Positions 9,944-19,741 of a DNA stretch of 64,000 bases are shown here, piece by piece. This DNA is from a virus. Taxonomy: Duplodnaviria; Heunggongvirae; Uroviricota; Caudoviricetes. The notes under the pieces were generated by a model. The model ran no database searches, was not told where the DNA came from, and was given only the letters and a program-made list of their open reading frames with translations. How positions within the stretch are numbered: position 1 is the first letter of the stretch; the number at the start of each line of letters is the position of its first letter. The translations under genes were made by a program, and so were the position numbers. The DNA lies in IMG/VR virus record IMGVR_UViG_3300011339_000564, positions 14,318 through 78,317 of that record; one strand, given 5' to 3'.

Positions 9944-12900
9944 ATGAGCAATATTCTACAAGGCTTAAACGAAACACAAAAACATGACGGTGTATTCTTG
10001 TTAACAGAATCTCGTACATACAAGTTATGGGAGAGTGCTGGACAAAAGATTAGTGAAGCACAACTAACTGCCGATCAGATTAATCAAATCTTTAAACAAG
10101 TTGAACAAGGTGCTACTGCCGCAGGTGGTAATCGTACAATGCTCGGTAAAGGTAAAGACGCAGCCGGCGCAGTAAAGCAAGCATATGATGATTTGGTGAG
10201 TAAAGCACAGAACTCAGGACCTATTAAAGGTGTTGATGCGATGTACGACAAAGCCGCCGAAAAATTAAAACAAGCAACTGGTGGCGATCAGGGTGTAATG
10301 AAATATGTACAGAAATATCGTGACTTTGCTAAAGAACACCCAGTAGCACAAGGTTTAATATATTCAGCATTAATTGCAGCCGCTGGTATCAGTGGTGCAG
10401 GTATTGGTGGTGCAGCCGCACTAGGTTTGTTTAAGATGGTAGACAAATTGTTACAGGGTGAGAAGTTTAGTACTGCTGTAGGTAAAGGCGTAACTACTGG
10501 TGCAATGGCTTATGGTGCAAGTAAAGTTGGTGATCTTTTCAAAGGTTCACCGCAAGGCGCACCTACTACTGCTGGATCAGACGCTACCGCAGGTGCGGCA
10601 CAAGATACATTGTCTGCGACTAGACAAGCAGTGGAAAAAGAAGCTATGGATGCCATTAAGTCTAGAATTGCCAATGGAGAAATAGCACCCGGCGATCAAG
10701 GTGCCATACGATATTTGGCATACAAAATGCTAGCTGGATCATGTATGCCGCCGCCGTCTATAGAAACTTCTGTAGAAAAATTAATAACACGATCTATGGG
10801 TGATGTAGGAACTAGCGCAACTAATACAGTGTCCGGCACATTGTCAGGTGTTACCGGAGAACAGATGGCTAGTCATCCTGCATACCAAGCAATGATTCAA
10901 AAGTTTGGCAATACACCCGGCGCTCGTCAGGCGGCTATGGCTGCTGCCAAGTCAGCAATTCTTAAGGGACAAGTCAATGAAAGTATCAATTTATCAGAAT
11001 CTCAAATCTTTCTATTGATAGGTAAGATTGTTGAACGTCAACGTAAACTTGACGAAGGCATCATGGATACACTTAAAGGCGCCGCAGGTAAAGCCGCCGA
11101 TTGGGCACAAACTAAAGGAACTAATTTAACAACTAAAGTTACTGCTGACAAATTATTACAAGCGTGGAAGAAAGCTGGTAGTCCAACAGATAGTTTAGAT
11201 GTTGCAAGCATTATTCAAAAAGCTGGTGTACCATCTGATTCAATCAAACAAGTATACACTACAATGCAAATACCTTTTGCAGGTGAAAAAGGTGCAGGTG
11301 CGAGTACAAAACGTAATATAGATGTTGATCCATCAAGTGTTGCACCAGCCGCTCCAACAAGTACACCCACTGCTTCTGCACCGTCAGCTACAGCAAATGC
11401 GCCGGCGGCAGATGCATCACAGCCTGCTACGGCCGCAACTGGCTCTTTAGCACAAGCACAAGAACTCATTGCAAAATTAGATCCAGAAACTAAAACAAAA
11501 CTTATATCAACATTGAAACAAGAGTTGAGTGTAGCTGAAAGTCGAATCAATGAATTATCTAATGAAAAATTAGGACAATACAAAAAAGCCGCAAGTGCTG
11601 ACGCTACTGCCGCTGACAAAGCAGGTGACTATAAGCGTGGTGATAAACGTTTCAGTGGTATTGTTCGTGCAACTAACAAACAGTTTGCTAATGATACTAA
11701 AAAACATGGTCAGCAAGGTGTGGCGGAAGGCTTAGAGCAATCATTATCGTCAATGGTAAGACAAGATCAGACTGAGCGGAATGAGTATGCAACCTTTGTA
11801 AAATCACAAGCAGGTGGTGATTGGTCCAAAGGGGCTAAAATGTATGCTCAACTCAAAAAAAGACCCATCGATGATATATTTGGTGATGCAATAAGATTAA
11901 ACCAGTTTATGAAAATGAAGTTTGATTTTGATAAATTTACCAATGAAGATTGGGACAATTATTGGTTGTTAGCACAGCATTGTGATAATAATCGTGACTT
12001 TCAAAAGAATGCTTTATCAATAATTAAAAAATATCAAGGTACAGATCATTCGCACTACAAATATCTATACGATAGAATCAGTATGGGTCTAACTGGTAAA
12101 CAGAAATACGGAACACAGAATATTAAAGAGCAAGGCGTGGCAGAAGGCTTCCCTCATGATGTTGACCATATGCCGGGTCCTGTGATTCGCAATGCTGATA
12201 TGACTACAGATAATGTCAAGACCAAAGACAAAGCAGAATGGGACAGAGCCACTGATAGCATCAACGCACGGGTGTTTGATGATATGAGTGAATTTCGCAC
12301 TGACAACAACGGTGAAACAGTTGTCGGTGATAGCGCAGTTTGGGCCAAGTGGGACAATGCTACACAAACAGGTTGGTTCAATGCCAAAGGTCGCCCATTA
12401 AAGCCTTGGCCTGTTAAAGAGCAAGGTGTGGCGGAAGGTGATGGGCCAAGATATATTGATAACATAATGAACCAGTATAAGGCAGGCTTGCCTGGCCAAA
12501 ACCCGGCGGCCTTATCTAAACCAACTAGAGCAGTTGATGCCAGAGGTCGCACACAAGAACAATGGGCACAATTAGTTAGGAGCAAGTTTCCGGGTGCTAA
12601 AATTACACAGGCTAAAATGATTGACGGGCCTATGCAAGCAACCTTACCTGATGGTAGAAAACTTGGATGGAAAAAAGTTGAACAAATTGATGAAATTATT
12701 GATCCTAGCACAAAGATGGCATGGGCATTACGCCACATCGCCGGGTTCCTTACTAGATTATTTCCTTACGCAGTGGGCGCCGGAACTTTGTGGGCAGCCA
12801 GTGGACTGTTGGCCCCACTAGTGGCTGCATCCGGTGGAGTGGCCGCGGCAATTTCTGCATTAGGCGGTTCAATGGGATCAGCTACAGGCGCGGCTGCAGG

Positions 12901-13795
12901 AGCAGTTGGCGGTGCCAGTATAATGCAAATTATTAAAAACTTATTTGCCGCAGACGAGAATAGTATACAAGCAGGAATTAAAAAGTGGGTAGAAAGACAA
13001 GTAGGTGACGAAGCCGATGTACAAGAATTTTTACTAACTCATGCCAAAGCCGCATATGACGGTAAACCTGGTTTCCGTTGGAGGGCTAAAGAGTGGCCTG
13101 TTAAATTAAGTAAAGATCAAGCAGAAGCATATTTAGAAAAGAAAGATAAATCTTGGCTTGATTATGAAAAGCAAAAAATAATCGATGCTGAAAAAGCGAA
13201 GGCTGAAAAAGATAAAGAAGGTATGATGGAAGAACAACTTGATGAACTAAATTGCTGGTCAGGTTACCATAGAGTTGCCGGCACTAAAGCAGGCTTTCCA
13301 GGTAGTTGTGCTAAAAATAAAACAAATGAATCAGAACATAAATGCCCACATTGCGGTGGCGAGATGGTTAGTGAAGAACTAATGAATGAAAAGAAAGATG
13401 CTTGCTACTATAAAGTAAAGAGCCGTTATAAAGTATGGCCAAGTGCTTATGCTAGTGGTGCGTTAGTTAAGTGCCGTAAGAGTGGTGCTGATAGCTGGGG
13501 CAACGGTGGAAAGAAGAATGAAGGTTCTATACTAGAAGGTATTAACCGAGCAGACGAAAGTTTGCATGATTGGTTTAATAAAGAAAAGTGGGTTCGCATG
13601 GATACTAAAGGAAAGATTAAAGGTCCGTGTGCTAGAGAACCAGGAGAAGGTAAACCTAAATGTTTACCTCAAGCAAAGGCACATAGTTTAGGCAAAAAAG
13701 GTCGTGCAAGCGCGGCTGCTAGAAAACGCAGAGAAGATCCCAATCCAGAACGTAGTGGTAAAGCCATCAATGTTAATACTAAAAAGAAAGACTAA
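9944..13795 (+). CDS. giant protein (1283 aa). Features are Gly/Ala-rich hydrophobic segments, three EQGVAEG motifs, coiled-coil and a C-terminal Cys cluster. Putative virion internal/ejection protein.
   Basis: ATG at 9944 lies just after the TAA of the upstream ORF; the track start 9842 is an in-frame upstream extension. Motifs: QQGVAEGLEQ, KEQGVAEGFPHD, KEQGVAEGDGPRY; CPHCGG...C...C near the C-terminus; hydrophobic block AVGAGTLWAASGLLAPLVAASGGVAAAISALGG. Confidence 0.75.
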   Translation: MSNILQGLNETQKHDGVFLLTESRTYKLWESAGQKISEAQLTADQINQIFKQVEQGATAAGGNRTMLGKGKDAAGAVKQAYDDLVSKAQNSGPIKGVDAMYDKAAEKLKQATGGDQGVMKYVQKYRDFAKEHPVAQGLIYSALIAAAGISGAGIGGAAALGLFKMVDKLLQGEKFSTAVGKGVTTGAMAYGASKVGDLFKGSPQGAPTTAGSDATAGAAQDTLSATRQAVEKEAMDAIKSRIANGEIAPGDQGAIRYLAYKMLAGSCMPPPSIETSVEKLITRSMGDVGTSATNTVSGTLSGVTGEQMASHPAYQAMIQKFGNTPGARQAAMAAAKSAILKGQVNESINLSESQIFLLIGKIVERQRKLDEGIMDTLKGAAGKAADWAQTKGTNLTTKVTADKLLQAWKKAGSPTDSLDVASIIQKAGVPSDSIKQVYTTMQIPFAGEKGAGASTKRNIDVDPSSVAPAAPTSTPTASAPSATANAPAADASQPATAATGSLAQAQELIAKLDPETKTKLISTLKQELSVAESRINELSNEKLGQYKKAASADATAADKAGDYKRGDKRFSGIVRATNKQFANDTKKHGQQGVAEGLEQSLSSMVRQDQTERNEYATFVKSQAGGDWSKGAKMYAQLKKRPIDDIFGDAIRLNQFMKMKFDFDKFTNEDWDNYWLLAQHCDNNRDFQKNALSIIKKYQGTDHSHYKYLYDRISMGLTGKQKYGTQNIKEQGVAEGFPHDVDHMPGPVIRNADMTTDNVKTKDKAEWDRATDSINARVFDDMSEFRTDNNGETVVGDSAVWAKWDNATQTGWFNAKGRPLKPWPVKEQGVAEGDGPRYIDNIMNQYKAGLPGQNPAALSKPTRAVDARGRTQEQWAQLVRSKFPGAKITQAKMIDGPMQATLPDGRKLGWKKVEQIDEIIDPSTKMAWALRHIAGFLTRLFPYAVGAGTLWAASGLLAPLVAASGGVAAAISALGGSMGSATGAAAGAVGGASIMQIIKNLFAADENSIQAGIKKWVERQVGDEADVQEFLLTHAKAAYDGKPGFRWRAKEWPVKLSKDQAEAYLEKKDKSWLDYEKQKIIDAEKAKAEKDKEGMMEEQLDELNCWSGYHRVAGTKAGFPGSCAKNKTNESEHKCPHCGGEMVSEELMNEKKDACYYKVKSRYKVWPSAYASGALVKCRKSGADSWGNGGKKNEGSILEGINRADESLHDWFNKEKWVRMDTKGKIKGPCAREPGEGKPKCLPQAKAHSLGKKGRASAAARKRREDPNPERSGKAINVNTKKKD

Positions 13796-13804
13796 AGGAC
13801 AATA

Positions 13805-14245
13805 ATGTTATCAGATAATCTAAAAGTACTTTTAGCTAGTACACAAAGTTTTGCTATTAAAACACAAAACTTTCATTGGAATGTTGAGGGGAGTAATTTT
13901 CCACAGTATCATGCATTTTTTGATACGTTATACGGTGATGTAAGTGCTACTATCGATCCTATCGCTGAATATATCAGAATATTAGGTGCTTACACACCCG
14001 GCAGTTTACAACGTTATGCTGAACTAAGTATCATTCAAGACCAAATCAAAATCCCACGTGCTCAACTAATGTTTGCTGAATCACTACAAGATTGTGAAAA
14101 AATGAGTGAATTAGTCGTTGCTATGTTTGACGAAGCAACAAACGAACGTCAGCAAGGCATTGCTAATTACATGGCTGAACTACAAGACCTATACGGTAAG
14201 AAAGCATGGTTCATTCGTTCTACATTGAAAACAGAACGTGAGTAA
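13805..14245 (+). CDS. dps: Dps-like ferritin-fold DNA-protection protein
   Basis: LKVLLASTQSFAIKTQNFHWNVEGSNFPQYHAFFDTLY matches the Dps N-terminal signature (HWNVxGxxFxxLHxxF). About 146 aa, typical Dps length. Confidence 0.7.
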   Translation: MLSDNLKVLLASTQSFAIKTQNFHWNVEGSNFPQYHAFFDTLYGDVSATIDPIAEYIRILGAYTPGSLQRYAELSIIQDQIKIPRAQLMFAESLQDCEKMSELVVAMFDEATNERQQGIANYMAELQDLYGKKAWFIRSTLKTERE

Positions 14246-15515
14246 ATTAGAATTTACCCAGAAAGAATGGGAAAAGATAGAAAATAACGGGACTTATTGT
14301 CCCGGTTTATTTAACAGCAAATACATAGAAACTGACGGTGGACTGAGAGCATGTTGTGTTCAAGATTTAAAAGGTGAACATTATACAAATACAGAATCCT
14401 ATAACACCACTTCGTTAAAACAAGCCAGACAAAATTCATTATCAGGGATTAAAGATTCCAGTTGCGCTAGATGTTGGGAAAATGAATCATTAAACACCAG
14501 ATCATATAGACAAGGTCTAGTAGAGTCTGCTATTCACTGGAAAAGTAAAATCAAAGATAATATAAATGTTGACTATTCCATCACAGAACCCACCATAGAC
14601 TACTTAGACATTAGATTTGATAATATCTGTAATTTAAGATGTAGATATTGCAGTACTATTTTTAGTTCTAGTTGGAGACACGAAACTGAGTTACTAGAAA
14701 AAGAATTACCAATATTTAAATATATAAAAAGAAGATCAGTAGATACAAAAATATTGAATAGTGTAACCGATATTGACACGATATTAGCTGACCTTAGAAC
14801 AGTTAAAAAAATATTTTTTGCGGGTGGCGAGCCATTAGTAAACGATAAACATTATGAAGTGTTAGAATATCTAATAGATAATAATAGAACCAACATTGAA
14901 ATAACGTATAATACTAATTTTACAAACATTAAAAAAGTTATTCCTTATTGGAAAAAGTTTTCAAACATACACGTGGGTGCAAGTTTAGATGCAAATTATA
15001 AAAGAGGAGAATACATTCGTAAAAATCTCGTATGGGACCAGATTGTAGAAAATAGAAAATTAATGATTGCCGAAGTTCCTCATGTTCAATTTGAAATAAA
15101 TGCGTCAATGAGTATATTGAATGCGTATAATGTAGTAGATTTTCATAAAGAATGGATTAATGATAAATTAATTGGACCTTTTGATTTAACTGCATGGAAT
15201 TTTGTATCTAAACCTGAACATTATGATATTAGGAATTTACCTGACCATCATAAGATTAAATTAAAAGAAATATATCAAACTCATATTGATTGGTTAAACT
15301 CCCTCACATCAGGCAATGATATTAAGTTTAAAAGTAAAAATGATTCTAGTTTTGCTATTCAATCATATCAAGGTATAATTAATAGGTTAAATTTAAGTAG
15401 AAATTCATCTTTTGACAAATTTTGGGAATTTGACAAATGGTTAGATAATAATAGAGATGAAAACTTTTTTGATGTGTTTCCTGAGTATGAGGACTTTGCT
15501 AGATATTTTAGCTAA
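14238..15515 (+). CDS. radical SAM domain protein with an N-terminal Cys-rich extension
   Basis: CNLRCRYC is a CX3CX2C radical SAM cluster motif. Additional N-terminal cysteines (CPG...ACC...CARC). No C-terminal SPASM cysteines. GTG start assumed at 14238. Confidence 0.65.
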   Translation: MSKLEFTQKEWEKIENNGTYCPGLFNSKYIETDGGLRACCVQDLKGEHYTNTESYNTTSLKQARQNSLSGIKDSSCARCWENESLNTRSYRQGLVESAIHWKSKIKDNINVDYSITEPTIDYLDIRFDNICNLRCRYCSTIFSSSWRHETELLEKELPIFKYIKRRSVDTKILNSVTDIDTILADLRTVKKIFFAGGEPLVNDKHYEVLEYLIDNNRTNIEITYNTNFTNIKKVIPYWKKFSNIHVGASLDANYKRGEYIRKNLVWDQIVENRKLMIAEVPHVQFEINASMSILNAYNVVDFHKEWINDKLIGPFDLTAWNFVSKPEHYDIRNLPDHHKIKLKEIYQTHIDWLNSLTSGNDIKFKSKNDSSFAIQSYQGIINRLNLSRNSSFDKFWEFDKWLDNNRDENFFDVFPEYEDFARYFS

Positions 15516-15544
15516 ATATTATTATAAGAACAATAGAGAGTAAC

Positions 15545-15982
15545 ATGAAAAAAATTATAACAACAATACTATTGGCATTAGCCACTGTAACATATGCACA
15601 GAAAACACCTCAAGGTGTTACATACGATGCAAACATCATTAAAGTAAGTGACGGTGACACTATTGTTATTGCCGCACCTTTTTTACCAGCTCCATTAAAG
15701 CCACAGTTAGCAGTTAGAATATTTGGTGTTGACACCCCTGAAAAAGGATTCAGAGCTAAATGTGAATCAGAAAATCAACGTGGTTTAGCCGCTAGCGAGT
15801 TTACTAAGAAACTCGTAGGTGCTAGTCAGAAGCGTCAAGTGATATTATATGATTGGGATAAGTTTGGCGGCCGTGTCTTGGGTGACATTATATTAGACGG
15901 CAAAAGCCTACGACAACAATTGATTGCTAATGGCTTTGCCCGTGAGTATTTTGGTGAAGCCAAGCAATCTTGGTGTAATTAA
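15545..15982 (+). CDS. secreted staphylococcal-nuclease-like thermonuclease (SNase fold)
   Basis: Signal peptide MKKIITTILLALATVTYAQ. VSDGDTIVI...RIFGVDTPEKG matches the SNase catalytic region. Confidence 0.7.
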   Translation: MKKIITTILLALATVTYAQKTPQGVTYDANIIKVSDGDTIVIAAPFLPAPLKPQLAVRIFGVDTPEKGFRAKCESENQRGLAASEFTKKLVGASQKRQVILYDWDKFGGRVLGDIILDGKSLRQQLIANGFAREYFGEAKQSWCN

Positions 15983-16707
15983 TTCTTAGTATAAACAAAG
16001 TATAATCTATCGTTATTGTCTTTCTTAAAGGTATCTAACTTTAGATTGTATTTCTCAGCAAACTCATTTACAACTTCAAAGCTCCAAGGGAAGATTTCTA
16101 CATAAGGTCCATTTTTGTGAGGAATTCCTGGATTGGCTCGTAGATAAAATTTTCCACCTACCTTTAGCAAACTAACACAGTGTTCAAATCGTGTTTCAAT
16201 CTCATCTTTGCTATTGAAGTTAATTGAACCAAGAGCCAGAATTACATCGTGTGATTCTGGTTTTACTTTGTACTCTAATATATCAACTTCATAATCAGCT
16301 TGATTATTGTATGGATCAATGCCAATCAGATTCTGAATGCGACCCTTGAATGGGTGATATCCGCAACCAACATCAAGTACTTTTTCTGGGTTTAGTTTGT
16401 TAACTTCATCAGCTAGTTCCCAACCAGTGTGTTCATAGTCACCTGTGCGTGGTTTCCAAATCTCACTAAAAAAACGTAAGATATAACGTTCACTTAAGTC
16501 ATGTACAATTTCTTTTAATGTACCCACATAGTCGCAGGGTAGACTTAATTCAGCTTCCACCGCGTTTTTAAACTTGCTATATCGTGCAGGAGTCCAGGGT
16601 AAGTCTTGGACAATAGTGTTTTCATCAATAGAAATTTTGGAATACTTAGGTAAATTAAACGCAAGTTCTAAATTTTCCTTGACTAACTTAAAAATTTTTG
16701 TGTTCAT
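15979..16707 (-). CDS. class I SAM-dependent methyltransferase
   Basis: Motif I VLDVGCGYHPF. A lone minus-strand gene among plus-strand genes. Confidence 0.65.
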   Translation of the reverse strand: MNTKIFKLVKENLELAFNLPKYSKISIDENTIVQDLPWTPARYSKFKNAVEAELSLPCDYVGTLKEIVHDLSERYILRFFSEIWKPRTGDYEHTGWELADEVNKLNPEKVLDVGCGYHPFKGRIQNLIGIDPYNNQADYEVDILEYKVKPESHDVILALGSINFNSKDEIETRFEHCVSLLKVGGKFYLRANPGIPHKNGPYVEIFPWSFEVVNEFAEKYNLKLDTFKKDNNDRLYFVYTKN

Positions 16708-16787
16708 AGTAATTTTTTCTATATTTTGTAAATTTTTATGCCAAATGGAATAAATATATGTTCATCATATTTATTATCGGAGGACAG

Positions 16788-17747
16788 ATGAGAAAACTTT
16801 TAGTATTATTAGCATTTATACCGTTAGTTGCTTTTGCTTGGCAACCAACAAAACCTGTAACAGTTATATTCCCAAATGGCCCGGGAGCAGGAAATGAAAT
16901 ATCATTTCGTATTGTAGCAGAGATTGTAGAAAAACAAACTGGTGCAAAATTTGTACCTGAATATAGGCCGGGAGCTGATGGCAATATAGCTATCAATCAC
17001 TTTGTAACAGTTCCTACTGATGGGCACACTATCAGTGTTCCGGCATGTCAGTCAAATTGGGTCACCCCTGAAGTGTGGTATCCAAAGGTAATCAAGTATA
17101 ACCCAATGGATTTAGAACCCATTGCTAATATTGCACGTAGTCCATTAGCATTCTGGGCGCATCCTAGCAGTAAGATTAATACTCCCGAAGAACTAGTAGC
17201 CGCTATTCGCAAAAAAGAGCGCCCTATTACAATAGCAATAGGTGGCGGCGGTCATAAGTTAGCAGTTGAATATCTTGCTGCCAAACTAAATGTACCGGGC
17301 GGTGATCGAATAGAAACAGCTATGTATAAAGGTCCAGCACAAGCGTTATTAGATGTAATGGGAGGTCACGTTGAATTTGGAGTGACCCCGGTTGCTGTTG
17401 GATACCCTCACGTACAAACAGGAAAACTAAAGTTAATTGGTATTGCTGATACTAGACCATTGCCTGGATTAGAAACAGCACCATTGATGAATAAGGCAGC
17501 ACCTGGATTAAGCATACATGGTTGCTGGAATATAGTTCTACCTCCCAATACCCCGCAGGATATACAAAAATGGTATGCTGAACACTTTGTTCCTGCAATA
17601 CGTAGCGCGGAAGCAGGCGCTAAATTCAAAGAAAACATGATGTACATTACACCCGAAGAACATAGCCCAGCAGGTGTTCGTGCTAGTATGTCGAGACTAC
17701 AGCAAGTTTGGCAACCGATTGCTAGAAGAATAGATCCTAATAAATGA
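16788..17747 (+). CDS. TctC/Bug-family periplasmic solute-binding protein (tripartite tricarboxylate transporter receptor-like)
   Basis: Signal peptide MRKLLVLLAFIPLVAFA. Length and motifs (PNGPGAGNEISFRIVAE, EYRPGADGNIAI) resemble the Bug/TctC family. Start chosen at the internal ATG 16788 with GGAGGA upstream. Confidence 0.55.
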   Translation: MRKLLVLLAFIPLVAFAWQPTKPVTVIFPNGPGAGNEISFRIVAEIVEKQTGAKFVPEYRPGADGNIAINHFVTVPTDGHTISVPACQSNWVTPEVWYPKVIKYNPMDLEPIANIARSPLAFWAHPSSKINTPEELVAAIRKKERPITIAIGGGGHKLAVEYLAAKLNVPGGDRIETAMYKGPAQALLDVMGGHVEFGVTPVAVGYPHVQTGKLKLIGIADTRPLPGLETAPLMNKAAPGLSIHGCWNIVLPPNTPQDIQKWYAEHFVPAIRSAEAGAKFKENMMYITPEEHSPAGVRASMSRLQQVWQPIARRIDPNK

Positions 17748-18319
17748 AAATAGGTTTATCAATGGAGATGACCCGCAAGTTGCGTGATACGTGGCATGCG
17801 GCTATCAATTACGAATGGTATGACTTTTTATCAGAGCATGATACTGTTCCTTTATCCTGTCATGGAAAAGTTCCGCAGACAGATGAGTTTGACTTAATCA
17901 TATTGGCAGGTGGTAATGACATGCACGGCATTAAAACATGGCGTGACAATCATTATCCAATACGTGACCACTATGAGCATAGTTTGATTCAACAATGTTT
18001 GTTAACTAACACCCCTGTTGCTGGCATATGCAGAGGAGCTCATTTTATCAATCATGTTATGGGTGGCACACATAAGTTAATGGATCACCCATACGACAAT
18101 GTTAAAGTTCAATTGCCTCAGTTTGAAGTAACTTGCCATCACACAATTCAACTTGATACATTAGCTCCTGGCTTTGAAGTGTTACAACAAGATAAAAATG
18201 GTATTGTTGAATTAGCAGTAAATAAATCACAACGTATGTTAGGTATTGGTTGGCATCCAGAACGTGAAGTTAACAAACATACTAGACAATACATTTTAGA
18301 TTTGATTAAGGACTTATGA
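17744..18319 (+). CDS. class I glutamine amidotransferase-like protein
   Basis: GICRGAHFINHV (nucleophile-elbow-like Cys) and GWHPERE (His-Pro-Glu of the GATase triad). Confidence 0.5.
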   Translation: MKIGLSMEMTRKLRDTWHAAINYEWYDFLSEHDTVPLSCHGKVPQTDEFDLIILAGGNDMHGIKTWRDNHYPIRDHYEHSLIQQCLLTNTPVAGICRGAHFINHVMGGTHKLMDHPYDNVKVQLPQFEVTCHHTIQLDTLAPGFEVLQQDKNGIVELAVNKSQRMLGIGWHPEREVNKHTRQYILDLIKDL

Positions 18320-18936
18320 AATACATATTTGTAGCAGGTGCACCGGGCAGTAAGTGGAGTAGTGTGGTAAAGAACATTTACTATAGCCCTAGTGTTGACC
18401 AATCAGACTATAGTGATGATAGAACATATTATCACGATGCCAGTGGTAAGTTGGAGTTGATGCATCTAGGTGCATACTATGATCCTGGTATGGAGTTTGG
18501 TAAATTGTTTCACAGACTACCTATGTATGACAAAGAAACATTAGAACGTGACTTTGATGAAGCATTTACTGGTGAAGGTGTTCGTATTATTAAGTCACAC
18601 GTGTTTAGTAATCACATTGACTATATCAAAGAAACATGGCCTGAATGTCCATTAGTTCTGGTGCATCGTCCCGATGACGCATGTTTAGGATGGTGGGTGA
18701 AGTGCGGGCATTTCAACATCACATACCCTGACTATAGTGAATATTATCAGAACTTGAAAGTAATGGCTGAAAAGATTAAAGAACAGAATCAGGGTATTAT
18801 CAAAGCAACATATAAGTATCCAGGTCGAGCACCATTAACTAATCACATGCTGTGTAAGATGCTAAATATAGAACTACCACCGAGTGAGTATGAACAAAAT
18901 TACGGTGTATCAAACATAAGGGTAACAGTAATATGA
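18316..18936 (+). CDS. hypothetical protein with a P-loop-like N-terminus (possible sulfotransferase/kinase fold)
   Basis: FVAGAPGSKWSSV resembles the sulfotransferase PAPS-binding or kinase P-loop; not conclusive. Confidence 0.4.
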   Translation: MKYIFVAGAPGSKWSSVVKNIYYSPSVDQSDYSDDRTYYHDASGKLELMHLGAYYDPGMEFGKLFHRLPMYDKETLERDFDEAFTGEGVRIIKSHVFSNHIDYIKETWPECPLVLVHRPDDACLGWWVKCGHFNITYPDYSEYYQNLKVMAEKIKEQNQGIIKATYKYPGRAPLTNHMLCKMLNIELPPSEYEQNYGVSNIRVTVI

Positions 18937-19619
18937 TAAGCAGTTGGGAACAAAGTAAGAAAAAAAGTAATTATCATTTTGATAATTTCAAAAATGATTT
19001 ACAAGTTGACAAAGTAACTAAGTTGGGTAAGATAGTTGCAGACTACAGTGAGGATGTTAAACATGCAATAGAATCTTCAAAGCCAGCAACATGGCGTACA
19101 CGTGGTGCAGTGGGTAAAACAAGACCTGAAGAAGAATTAGCCGCAGAAGACTATGATTTGGAACAATTTGGTTATGGTAAAGATTATCAAATCACTCACT
19201 TAAATTGGGAAATAACTCCTAACTTGAAAAAGATTAGTGATTTGTTCGGTCTATCAGATTGCATGGAACGTATACATGTTCAAAAGCCCGGTGAAGTTTG
19301 GAATCTGCATTTAGATAAATTAGAGAAGTGGGCACCCGATTCACCTTGGACAGTCATGCGTGTGCAAGTAGCATTGACTGATTGGGAGCAAGGTCATTTC
19401 TGGAGTTATGGTAATTACAATCATCAGCAATGGCATGCAGGCGATGTGACAACATTTGACTGGCATAATTTACCACATTGTACTGCAAATGCAGGACATA
19501 ACCCTAGAGTCACGTTTCAATTAACTGGTGTTATTACTGAAAAAACTAAAGAGTTTTTAAGTAGATTAAAGAGATTTGATAATTATACCTTGAATTTGTC
19601 AGAGAATTCTTGGTTCTGA
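18933..19619 (+). CDS. hypothetical protein (228 aa)
   Basis: ORF overlapping the previous stop. Confidence 0.5.
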   Translation: MISSWEQSKKKSNYHFDNFKNDLQVDKVTKLGKIVADYSEDVKHAIESSKPATWRTRGAVGKTRPEEELAAEDYDLEQFGYGKDYQITHLNWEITPNLKKISDLFGLSDCMERIHVQKPGEVWNLHLDKLEKWAPDSPWTVMRVQVALTDWEQGHFWSYGNYNHQQWHAGDVTTFDWHNLPHCTANAGHNPRVTFQLTGVITEKTKEFLSRLKRFDNYTLNLSENSWF

Positions 19620-19741
19620 ACACACCTTAGGACCGGTACTTGTTACCGCGGTGTAGCCGGCTGCTGGCTTGACGTATGAATTCGCTACTCAGAAGTCTAA
19701 AGTGAGCTTTAATGATAAATAGTATACAAAGGACATTTATT

